From the sequence record SRR31156797_8021: 54,523 nucleotides of DNA, one strand, 5' to 3'. Under the pieces are notes generated by a model that worked only from the letters and a program-made list of their open reading frames with translations, did no database searches and was not told the origin of the DNA. This document shows, in pieces, positions 9,072 through 17,526 of the stretch (position 1 is the stretch's first letter; every line of letters begins with the position of its first letter). The position numbers and the translations under genes were made by a program.

Positions 9072-11078
9072 TTCTGAATCGGATTGAAATGGCTTTCGCT
9101 TAAAAGAAATTGTTTTACCCGCAAACCGTATTTTCTTGTAATCCGAAACCTCATTATTTTCCATTTTCAATCTAAACTTTTCGATACTAGAAATGGATCC
9201 AACAACAGTAAGAACATCTCCTAGTCGCAAACGGGTATATCCTGTTGAAATTAAAGTATTCTGATTTCTCTTTGTTGCTAAAATTATAAGATCTGTTGGA
9301 ATTTGTAAATCTCTAATCGCTGCGCCATGCAGTTCATGATTCTGCATTTCTACATCAATTGTATCCTGATTTTCTTCCATTCCTAAAAGTAATGATGTTG
9401 CTATTGGCGATCGAACCAAATGGTCCATTAGACTTACCATAACCGTAGAGGGCTCAACGATTAAAGCACCCAATTCATGAAATTTATTAATGAAATTACG
9501 CTCATTAACTCTTACAACAACATCTCTGGTTCCAAAATGTTCATAAGCCAATTCACAAATTTTTAAGTTATCCTCATCCTGATTTAAAAGCACCAGAGCA
9601 TCAGCATTTTCCGCACCAATTACTTGCAAATGTTTTAGCGAAAAATCCTCAATATGAATCACCCTAACACCTTGATATTCCAAATTGGCTTTATCTTTAC
9701 TCCGCGTTACCAACTTCACCTTCCAATCGTGATCTGTTAGTTGTCTGGCTAGTGCCAGCGACTGACCTTCCAATCCAAAAATCAATGCTTTTTTCACCCT
9801 GTTTTCGTGTTGCAACTCTCTTTGTTTATGACTCTCGCCCACCAGTAATATAGACCATTTAAATAAAGGTGGTCCAACAATTTCATTCAACACAATAACT
9901 GCAATTAAAATGGTAGAAAACTGAGCTCCCCAAACTGGATACTTTGCAGCAATAACGGATACCAATCCTATGGCAACCCCAGCTTGAGTTACAAATGGCA
10001 TCCAAAAAATCTTATTATAATAATTAGGATTACCTCCTAAAGCACCTCCTACATAGGCACCAATTGCAATACTTACAAGTCTTATTACAAAAAAGATTAA
10101 TGCAACTGCCCATGTATTTTGTAGAATATCTAATTTAACCGAAGCACCTGTTAAGGTATAGAACAAAACGTAAATTAAAGGGACTATCATTTCAATAATC
10201 TTATTGAATTCACGTCTGTTTTTTCCAAAATTCACGACAACAAAACTACCAAGAATACAAATTAAAAGAGGTTCAATATAAATATCAAAACTAAACCATA
10301 ACAAACTTTTATCGTGCACTAAAGCCGCTAGTAAATAGACACTGTAACCTGAAAGAACTATAAACAATGCCTTAAGTTTGGTAATCATATTTACAGCTAG
10401 AATAAAGTTCATCAGCTGACCTAATGCAAAACCTAAAAAAATAGATAAACAAAGTTCACCTATTAAAATAATAACCAACCAAACATCAAAAGGAACATTG
10501 GTTATCAGAGCATCGGCTACAGCAAAGCAAATGGTAAATAAAACGATAACCAGTACATCCTTAATCACAGTAACCCCAATTGCTGTTTGCGTAAATGGAC
10601 CTTTGGCTCTCAACTCATTGATAACCGCGATTGCCGAAGCCGGTGAACGAGTTACGAAAACAGTTCCCATTAACAATGCAATTGCCATTTTAAATTCAAA
10701 TGACATGTCAGACATAAACTGTATACGTTCCGAAATTAAAAGTACGACTGCAACACTTATACCAAATGTAAACACTAGCTGTCCTATTGTCATCCATTTA
10801 ATACTCCTCATTCTTCCCTTTAAATCTTTCAAATACAATTCAGCACCAGCTGCGAAAGCAATAAATGAAAGCGATATCTCATTTAAAAAATACAATTTGG
10901 GAATTGACTCCGATGGAATTAAATTCAAGACAAAAGGTCCCGATAAAATTCCGATAAAAAGCAATCCTGTAATAACAGGTAATTTCACTTTAGGAAAATA
11001 TGCAGCTATTCTATTGGCAGCAATAGCTACAATAATAAATCCAGTTAAAACCATCAATATTTCCATAGATTCACCCAT
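9060..11078 (-). CDS. Monovalent cation:proton antiporter (CPA) with TrkA-N/TrkA-C (RCK) domains
   Basis: About 12 TM segments with AFAAGAEL, TRSPAS and VIKD motifs. C-terminal RCK region (ADALVLL...EDNL; LRLGDVLTVVG). Confidence 0.88.
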   Translation of the reverse strand: MGESMEILMVLTGFIIVAIAANRIAAYFPKVKLPVITGLLFIGILSGPFVLNLIPSESIPKLYFLNEISLSFIAFAAGAELYLKDLKGRMRSIKWMTIGQLVFTFGISVAVVLLISERIQFMSDMSFEFKMAIALLMGTVFVTRSPASAIAVINELRAKGPFTQTAIGVTVIKDVLVIVLFTICFAVADALITNVPFDVWLVIILIGELCLSIFLGFALGQLMNFILAVNMITKLKALFIVLSGYSVYLLAALVHDKSLLWFSFDIYIEPLLICILGSFVVVNFGKNRREFNKIIEMIVPLIYVLFYTLTGASVKLDILQNTWAVALIFFVIRLVSIAIGAYVGGALGGNPNYYNKIFWMPFVTQAGVAIGLVSVIAAKYPVWGAQFSTILIAVIVLNEIVGPPLFKWSILLVGESHKQRELQHENRVKKALIFGLEGQSLALARQLTDHDWKVKLVTRSKDKANLEYQGVRVIHIEDFSLKHLQVIGAENADALVLLNQDEDNLKICELAYEHFGTRDVVVRVNERNFINKFHELGALIVEPSTVMVSLMDHLVRSPIATSLLLGMEENQDTIDVEMQNHELHGAAIRDLQIPTDLIILATKRNQNTLISTGYTRLRLGDVLTVVGSISSIEKFRLKMENNEVSDYKKIRFAGKTISFKRKPFQSDSESPG

Positions 11079-11271
11079 TCTTTTTCTGTGTATAGATTAT
11101 TCAATTTGGACAACATCATTTCGAATATTCATCATATTTAATAATGAATATATTTTAAGATACTGAATAATCTGAATTCTTGCAATATTCATACTTTTCA
11201 ATTACCAATTGCTTCTCCTGTTCACAAGCGAACACAAACTGTACGATACACAACAATAAAAACATCAAACA

Positions 11272-11297
11272 CCCAACCCACCCACCCAACAACCCCC
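11272..11297 (-). other. G-quadruplex-forming motif
   Basis: Minus strand GGGGG-TTGTT-GGG-T-GGG-T-GGG-TT-GGG: five G-tracts with short loops. Confidence 0.6.
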
Positions 11298-11320
11298 TCT
11301 ATATTAGCATCTTATATCTA

Positions 11321-11336
11321 TTGGCATGGAAACTGA
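11321..11336 (+). promoter_or_regulatory. Possible sigma54 (-24/-12) promoter
   Basis: TTGGCATGGAAACTGA = TGGCA with GG-N10-GA (non-canonical -12), about 90 nt upstream of ORF 11427. Confidence 0.35.
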
Positions 11337-11426
11337 TTATTAATCATTGAACCTACTAACAATATTACAAACGAGTGATTATAATCACAGATACGTGTAA
11401 AGAATTGAACTAATAACCAAAACGAG

Positions 11427-12392
11427 ATGAAGACCACAAAAAATTTGCTGATGATACTCTCTGTAATAATAGCGAGTATTCAAATGTCCATCGGAGCAAA
11501 TCAAACCTATACATCCGATGATATAAAAAAAATATTGGACGAAACCACGGAAATGTGCAACAATGACAATGGGCTACTTTGGGGATGTAGTTTGGATGTC
11601 CCAATACTTTTTGTTGATGAATTAAATGGAATTATCTATTCAAATAAAAATTCAACTTCCTTAAAACTTGAAATGGATAAGGATATTTTTAAAGGAAAAC
11701 TTCCAGAGTTTATACAAGTTAAAAAAGGACCTGTTAAAATTGGAAAACGAAACTGGGCTTTAATTCCTCTGCCACTTCCTGAAGATAAGATTGAAAGACA
11801 ATGTATCATACTTCATGAAGCGTTTCATTGCCTACAGCCTCAACTAGAACTGAAACCAATGCCATATCAAAACAACCATATGGATGAAATGGAAGCAAGA
11901 GTATGGTTGAAACTAGAATGGAGAGCTCTTAATTTAGCTCTTGAATCGGAAGGCGACAATCGCAAACAAGCTATTGTTGATGCAATTTGTTTTAGAAAAT
12001 ACAGAAGAGCCATTTTTTCCAATTGCGACGGTTGCGAAAATCGATTCGAGATTCATGAAGGAATGGCGGAATATACTGCAAATAAAATTTGCCGTAGCAA
12101 AACAAATTTCAAGGAACATTTACAAAGCAAATTAGATGGTCTTTGGAACTCACCATCATTTGTAAATTGTTTTGCCTATTATTCAGGTCCCGTATATGCC
12201 TACTTACTTGACGAGACTGATACAAGTTGGAGAAATCAATTAGGAGCTAAAGACGACATTGCCTTAATTGTACAATCTGCATACAACTTATCTCTTCCTT
12301 TTGATGTTTTTATGGAAGCTGAAGAAAGATCGGTACTGTATAGCGGTGCAAAAATTATGGGAGAAGAACTTGATAGAGAAATTGCATTATAA
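11427..12392 (+). CDS. Secreted protein with gluzincin-like Zn-peptidase motifs
   Basis: Signal peptide, HEAFH (HExxH) and downstream HEGMAEY (ExxA third-ligand motif). Confidence 0.75.
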   Translation: MKTTKNLLMILSVIIASIQMSIGANQTYTSDDIKKILDETTEMCNNDNGLLWGCSLDVPILFVDELNGIIYSNKNSTSLKLEMDKDIFKGKLPEFIQVKKGPVKIGKRNWALIPLPLPEDKIERQCIILHEAFHCLQPQLELKPMPYQNNHMDEMEARVWLKLEWRALNLALESEGDNRKQAIVDAICFRKYRRAIFSNCDGCENRFEIHEGMAEYTANKICRSKTNFKEHLQSKLDGLWNSPSFVNCFAYYSGPVYAYLLDETDTSWRNQLGAKDDIALIVQSAYNLSLPFDVFMEAEERSVLYSGAKIMGEELDREIAL

Positions 12393-12438
12393 GATTTTTC
12401 CATCCTGAATTCACTTCAAGTTTTGGAAATTTCACCCC

Positions 12439-12466
12439 GGGGCAACAATTATGTTGCCCCTTCTTT
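12439..12466 (+). terminator. Intrinsic terminator
   Basis: GGGGCAACA-ATTA-TGTTGCCCC-TTCTTT. Confidence 0.75.
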
Positions 12467-12520
12467 ATTATTTACTTTTCGCTTTTCTTTCCTTAACTTT
12501 AATATTAAAAATAAAAGAGA

Positions 12521-12784
12521 ATGAATATATTATTAGAACAAGGTTGGAGTGAAATAGACAGCAAACTGGTTAAAAATTATATTTTAACTAATTTTGTTGA
12601 AGCTGTTAATTTTATCAATTTAATTGCCAACGAAGCCGAAAAAGCTGATCATCATCCAGACATAAAGCTTTATAAATACAAAAATGTTCGGATTACGCTA
12701 ACCACACATTCCAAAAGAAGAATCACAAAAAAGGATATTTCTTTAGCCAAGCAGATTGATAAAATTTTCGATTCTATGAATTAG
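12521..12784 (+). CDS. Pterin-4-alpha-carbinolamine dehydratase (PhhB family)
   Basis: NFVEAVNFIN, ADHHPDI, LTTHS and ITKKDISLAKQID motifs. Confidence 0.92.
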   Translation: MNILLEQGWSEIDSKLVKNYILTNFVEAVNFINLIANEAEKADHHPDIKLYKYKNVRITLTTHSKRRITKKDISLAKQIDKIFDSMN

Positions 12785-13624
12785 TTATCGGATCATTAAA
12801 CCCTTATTGTAAGTTCCCAATATGGTCATTTCTTTAGCAGATTCTGATATTTTATTCATTACATTTTTAAATTGACTTGGCAACTCAAATTCTAAATCCA
12901 CATGAAAAAAATATTCCCAATTTACTCCAGGGATAGGTAACGATTGTATCTTAGATAAGTTTATTTTCTCTTTTGCAAAACAATCTAAAATATGTGATAA
13001 ACTTCCAGGTTTATGACTGGTACTAAAATAAAGTGAAGCTTTTGTAAATCCACCATTGGGTTTTACATCCTGGCTACGTTTTAAAAGAAAAAAACGTGTC
13101 TGATTATTCTTTATGCTCTCAATTTCGTGTGCAATTATTTGCAATCCATATAACTCAGCAGGCAAGTCACCAGCTATGGCTCCAATTCCCATCAAACCGT
13201 TTTCGCTAATATTCCTAGCACTTATTGCAGTATCCTCAGTTTCAACCAATTTAATATTAGGATAATCCCTAAAGAAAGCTCTACACTGATTAATTGCCAT
13301 TGGGTGAGAATGAACCTCCTTCAAATCTTCAATTTTCTGACCCGGTAAAACCATTAGATTCTGCTTGATGCGAAGATAAATTTCTCCTTCTATTACTAAA
13401 CCTGAATCTTGTAATAATCCGTAATTCTGCAAAATACTTCCGGCTATAGAATTTTCCATTGCCATAATACCTCCATCACAAACATTTTCATCTTGTACTA
13501 AATCTACCAATTTGGCAAAATTCTCTGCTGGAATAATTTCAACATCTTCGCCATAATAAGCATTTGCCGCAATGTGGTGAAAGCAACCTTCTACTCCTTG
13601 AATTACAATTTTTCTTTTGTCCAT
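12785..13624 (-). CDS. pheA: Prephenate dehydratase
   Basis: IQGVEGCFH, MENSIAGS, SHPMAINQC and NQTRF motifs, plus a C-terminal ACT domain (HKPGSL, NLSKIQSLP). Confidence 0.95.
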   Translation of the reverse strand: MDKRKIVIQGVEGCFHHIAANAYYGEDVEIIPAENFAKLVDLVQDENVCDGGIMAMENSIAGSILQNYGLLQDSGLVIEGEIYLRIKQNLMVLPGQKIEDLKEVHSHPMAINQCRAFFRDYPNIKLVETEDTAISARNISENGLMGIGAIAGDLPAELYGLQIIAHEIESIKNNQTRFFLLKRSQDVKPNGGFTKASLYFSTSHKPGSLSHILDCFAKEKINLSKIQSLPIPGVNWEYFFHVDLEFELPSQFKNVMNKISESAKEMTILGTYNKGLMIR

Positions 13625-13653
13625 GGTTATTTTGATTTTCGTTAGATTTTATC

Positions 13654-13682
13654 AAAAAAAAAGTCCTGTTAAAAACAGGACT
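13654..13682 (-). terminator. Attenuator terminator 2 (pheA-proximal)
   Basis: Minus strand AGTCCTGTT-TTT-AACAGGACT followed by a T8 tract, about 30 nt before the pheA ATG. Confidence 0.88.
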
Positions 13683-13702
13683 CTTTATTGTGTATTTTAA
13701 AT

Positions 13703-13783
13703 TTATACCGTTAGAATCCTGTCCTTCTCGTTACCAAAAAAGAAAAAGCTAAAAAAGAAGATATGGAAAAATACGGTTTGCAT
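13703..13783 (-). CDS. Phe-rich leader peptide 2 (pheL-like), MQTVFFHIFFFSFFFFGNEKDRILTV
   Basis: 26-aa ORF with 9 Phe codons. Contains GACAGGATTCT, complementary to the 5' arm of terminator 2. Confidence 0.85.
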   Translation of the reverse strand: MQTVFFHIFFFSFFFFGNEKDRILTV

Positions 13784-13789
13784 ATTATC

Positions 13790-13817
13790 AAAAAAAAAGA
13801 GCCTTTTTAAAAGGCTC
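13790..13817 (-). terminator. Attenuator terminator 1 (promoter-proximal)
   Basis: Minus strand inverted repeat GAGCCTTTT-A-AAAAGGCTC followed by T9. Confidence 0.85.
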
Positions 13818-13854
13818 AGTAAATATTTTATCACATACAAAACCCTTTCTAACA

Positions 13855-13902
13855 TTACATGCTAAAAAAGAAAAATCGCTTTGTATGAGTATTATTTGTC
13901 AT
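13855..13902 (-). CDS. Phe-rich leader peptide 1 (pheL-like), MTNNTHTKRFFFFSM
   Basis: 15-aa ORF with 4 consecutive Phe codons, 21 nt downstream of a -7 box and upstream of terminator 1. Confidence 0.8.
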   Translation of the reverse strand: MTNNTHTKRFFFFSM

Positions 13903-13923
13903 TGTTACTTAATTAAACTATTC

Positions 13924-13931
13924 CAAAGGTA
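13924..13931 (-). promoter_or_regulatory. Bacteroidota -7 box of the pheA leader transcript
   Basis: TACCTTTG on the minus strand directly upstream of leader 1. Confidence 0.65.
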
Positions 13932-14044
13932 AAAATTAATTTTAATAATTTACTCTTCTTTGTCTGAAGTCATATTAATTTCTAATAATTTCGTCGAATT
14001 TTAATATCTTGAAAATAAATTTGAAATCAACAATGCACCATTAT

Positions 14045-16399
14045 ATGAAAAACCTAATTTTAATACTTCTTATTCTTCTGGGCTTTAATATTACCCAGGC
14101 ACAATCCTCCAAGGAGTTTTCAGTAGCGATTTTGGCTGATAGAAACATTACCGATACAGAGCACATTTTAGAACGTCTCAAAAGTGAGATTAAGTCAGTC
14201 GTTGCACAAGAAGCTAAAATTGTATTCAGTTCAAAAAATTTATTACTAAATGATTTGGATATGAATAAAGCCAAATCTAATTTTCAAACTGTATTAAATG
14301 ACAATAATGTAGATTTGATACTTTCTTTTGGAGCTCTGAACAATTATGTAATTGCACAAAATAAAGAGTTTAGCAAACCCATTATTCTATTCGGGGTTAT
14401 TAATGATGATTTTATCTCATTTCCTGAAAACCAAACAACATCAGAATTTTCAAATCTTACCTATATTCTTACTCCTAAATCTTACGAAAAAGATTTAAAC
14501 GAATTTCGAGAACTGTATCCTTATAAAAAAATTGGTATTATAGTAGACCAATATCTCACAGAAATCTATCCTGTTAATTCAACATTAGATAGAATTTTCG
14601 ACAATATTAATGCTGATTACAAACTCATACCAATAACAACTCTTAGTGATATAAATGGTATGTTAGATGACATTGATGCTGTATACGTATCTGGAGGTAT
14701 GTTTCTTCCACAAAACGACCAAGAGCAATTAATTCAAAAAATAAATGATAAAAATCTTCCTTCATTCTCGTCTATTGATGAAAAATTTGCTGAATATGGA
14801 GTCTTAGCAACTTCGGTACCCGTAAATAATTTGGATCAGTTTTTTAGAAGAATTGCCCTAAATATTGAAGCAGCTGTAACTGGAAGTAATTTATCTGAAT
14901 TGCCAATATATTTAGATATTGATACTAAATTATTACTTAATATTGAAACTGCTTTTAGTATTGATTTCCCATTAAAATACAGTTCTCTTATTAATACCAA
15001 TATTATTGGAGATGCAGATAAAATTCCATTTCAAAAGAAATACTACATCAACGATGTGATATATCAGTTATTGGAAGAAAATATCAATTTAAAAGCCGAT
15101 AAATTAGATGTAAGCCTAGCAACTCAGGAAGTTAAATTAGCTAAAAGCGAGTATCTTCCAAATGTAACCACTTCGGTAAGTGGAACTCATATTGATCCTG
15201 ATTTGGCTGAGGTTTCAAATGGTTCTAATCCGGAATATTCAACGAGTGGCAATATAAATGTTGAACAAGTCTTATTCTCGGAGCAAGCAAGTGGCAATAT
15301 TAAAATTCAGAAAGAACTGGAAAATGCTAGTAAGGAAAATTACAATGCAGTTGAAAAAGACGCGATACTTGATGCGGGTGTCATTTTCTATAATTCCCTA
15401 ATTGCCAAAGCCAATTATCTCATTAATGATGAAAATCTTCGGGTTACCAGGAAGAATTACGAGATAGCTCAGCAAAATTATTCTGCAGGTGAAACAGGAA
15501 AGTCGGATGTTTTAAGATGGAAAAGTGAACTGGCTGTTGCTACCCAAAATCTTGTAAGTACGTTTACAAACTTTAAGCAAAGTATAAATTCTTTAAATCA
15601 AACCTTAAATAATCCTATCGAATATAAAATTGATATCAAACATTCTTTGGTAGATGAAAATGCCAAAGATGAGTTTAATTACAAAGGATTAATACAACTT
15701 ATAGACGACCCAATACTTAGAAGCAAACTTCTGAGCTACCTGGAAAAAATTGCTATTGAAAATGCACATGAATTGAAATCTTTACAATTCAATATTGCGG
15801 CAAGCGAGCGTACACAAAAGCTGTATCAGCGAAGTAAATTTCTTCCTACTGTTGCATTACAAGGTGGATACAATCACACATTTACTCGTGATGGAAAAGG
15901 TAGTTCCTATCCAACAGGTTTTGCAACACCACCCGATGGTTATTACAATATAGGATTGCAGGTAAGCCTTCCGATTTTTAATAAAAATCAAAGAAATTTA
16001 AATCGTCAAAAATCCTTTATACAAAAAGACCAACTTCTCAAGCGAAAAGAAAATACCGAAAGTGTAATTCGACAAAATGTAAATGACATTGTATACTCAT
16101 TATTGAGTTTATATACCAATATTGAATTGTCGAAACTATCGACCGAAGCAGCTAAGGAAAGTTTAGAATTGATGCAAATATCATATTCTAACGGAGCCAT
16201 AGGAATTACCAGTTTAATTGATGCTCAGCAAGCTTATTTTCAAGCTCAGCAACAACAAGCAAGTGCTGGATATAATTTCTACCTAACACTATTACAGATG
16301 GAAAGAATCCTTTCTTACTACTTCTTTTTGAATGCAGATATTGACAATCAAAATTTCATTTCAAATCTGCAAAACTATTTATTGAAACCAACTAATTAA
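14045..16399 (+). CDS. TolC-family outer membrane efflux protein with N-terminal ABC-substrate-binding-like domain
   Basis: Signal peptide from ATG 14045 (MKNLILILL...AQ). The C-terminal ~450 aa has TolC/OEP repeats (AKSEYLPNV, SKFLPTV, VSLPIF). The domain call for the N-terminal ~320 aa is inference. Confidence 0.85.
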   Translation: MKNLILILLILLGFNITQAQSSKEFSVAILADRNITDTEHILERLKSEIKSVVAQEAKIVFSSKNLLLNDLDMNKAKSNFQTVLNDNNVDLILSFGALNNYVIAQNKEFSKPIILFGVINDDFISFPENQTTSEFSNLTYILTPKSYEKDLNEFRELYPYKKIGIIVDQYLTEIYPVNSTLDRIFDNINADYKLIPITTLSDINGMLDDIDAVYVSGGMFLPQNDQEQLIQKINDKNLPSFSSIDEKFAEYGVLATSVPVNNLDQFFRRIALNIEAAVTGSNLSELPIYLDIDTKLLLNIETAFSIDFPLKYSSLINTNIIGDADKIPFQKKYYINDVIYQLLEENINLKADKLDVSLATQEVKLAKSEYLPNVTTSVSGTHIDPDLAEVSNGSNPEYSTSGNINVEQVLFSEQASGNIKIQKELENASKENYNAVEKDAILDAGVIFYNSLIAKANYLINDENLRVTRKNYEIAQQNYSAGETGKSDVLRWKSELAVATQNLVSTFTNFKQSINSLNQTLNNPIEYKIDIKHSLVDENAKDEFNYKGLIQLIDDPILRSKLLSYLEKIAIENAHELKSLQFNIAASERTQKLYQRSKFLPTVALQGGYNHTFTRDGKGSSYPTGFATPPDGYYNIGLQVSLPIFNKNQRNLNRQKSFIQKDQLLKRKENTESVIRQNVNDIVYSLLSLYTNIELSKLSTEAAKESLELMQISYSNGAIGITSLIDAQQAYFQAQQQQASAGYNFYLTLLQMERILSYYFFLNADIDNQNFISNLQNYLLKPTN

Positions 16400-16419
16400 G
16401 CATATAAAATCCGATAATT

Positions 16420-17502
16420 ATGAAACACATATATTTAATTACCTTAGTCTTATCCCTTTTGATTCTTTCTTCATGTGGCGATAAAGAGCAAAAAAAAGTA
16501 GAAAAATATCGACCTGTAAAATATCAAGCTGTTAATTATTCCGGAATTGGTCAAGTAAGATCATTTAATGGTACGGCAAGGTCTGATAAGGAGATCAACC
16601 TAAGTTTTAGAACCACAGGTATTCTGACAACATTAAATATTGCAACTGGACAAGCTGTTCATAAAGGCGATTTGCTAGCAAGAATTGACAATTCAGAAGC
16701 TCAACTTTCGCTGGAACAATCACTTTCATCCTTAAACAGTTCAAAAGCAAACTTAAATACAGCAACTTCAACACTTGAACGTACAAAAACTTTATTCGAA
16801 AAAGGAAGTGCATCATTAAGTGATTACGAAAATGCTAAATCATCCTTTGCTACCGCTGAAGCCAATTATGAATCAGCTAAAAGAAGTGTTGAAATTCAAC
16901 AAAAACAAGTTGGTTATGGAATCATTTATTCTCCAGCTGATGGTGTTATTGCAGCAAAAAATGTAGAAAACAATGAAAATGTTAGTGCAGGACAAATAAT
17001 TGCTGTCCTAAATGCTGGTAGCTTTATGGAGATTAGTCTTGGACTTCCGGAAAATGTAATCAATCGTGTCCATAAAGACATGAAAGTTGTTGCCAAATTT
17101 CCAGCTCTGCAAGGAGAAGCTTATGAAGGAATCGTAAATGAGATTTCACCTTCTGTTTTGGAAGGATCAGCAACCTATCCTGTTCGTATTAAATTATCTG
17201 GAGAGACTGCCAACATAAAATCTGGTATGGCGGCACATGTAACTTTTAAATTTTCAAAAACAGACAATCAGGAAAGTTTAATCGTTCCAATTTCAGCTGT
17301 AGGAGAAGATAGCAAAGGGAATTTTGTATTTGTAATTGAAAAGCAATCAGATAAAATCGGAATCATTAAAAAACAACATTTTGAAATTGGAGAATTATCC
17401 CCTATTGGCTTTGAAGTGATTAAAGGACTCAAACCAGGACAGTTAGTTGCAACAGCCGGTTTGCAAACCTTACTCGATGGACAAAAAGTTAGCTTTCAAT
17501 AA
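16420..17502 (+). CDS. RND efflux periplasmic adaptor (MFP) lipoprotein
   Basis: Lipobox LSSC, LSFRTTG, GQAVHKGDLLARID, IYSPADGVI, VPISAV and GLKPGQLV motifs. Confidence 0.95.
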   Translation: MKHIYLITLVLSLLILSSCGDKEQKKVEKYRPVKYQAVNYSGIGQVRSFNGTARSDKEINLSFRTTGILTTLNIATGQAVHKGDLLARIDNSEAQLSLEQSLSSLNSSKANLNTATSTLERTKTLFEKGSASLSDYENAKSSFATAEANYESAKRSVEIQQKQVGYGIIYSPADGVIAAKNVENNENVSAGQIIAVLNAGSFMEISLGLPENVINRVHKDMKVVAKFPALQGEAYEGIVNEISPSVLEGSATYPVRIKLSGETANIKSGMAAHVTFKFSKTDNQESLIVPISAVGEDSKGNFVFVIEKQSDKIGIIKKQHFEIGELSPIGFEVIKGLKPGQLVATAGLQTLLDGQKVSFQ

Positions 17503-17526
17503 TATTCACTCCATAATTCAACAGAT

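Noticed and set aside
10498-11166. 222-aa plus-strand ORF
   Set aside because: Antisense shadow of the hydrophobic antiporter CDS, with no motif of its own.
11097-11192. 31-aa minus-strand upstream ORF (MNIARIQIIQYLKIYSLLNMMNIRNDVVQIE) just before the antiporter
   Set aside because: No regulatory codon run, no linked terminator and no recognisable motif. An ORF of this size can arise by chance.
14009-14044. TTG start at 14009 for the TolC-family gene
   Set aside because: The signal peptide begins cleanly at ATG 14045 (ATG 14033 is also possible).
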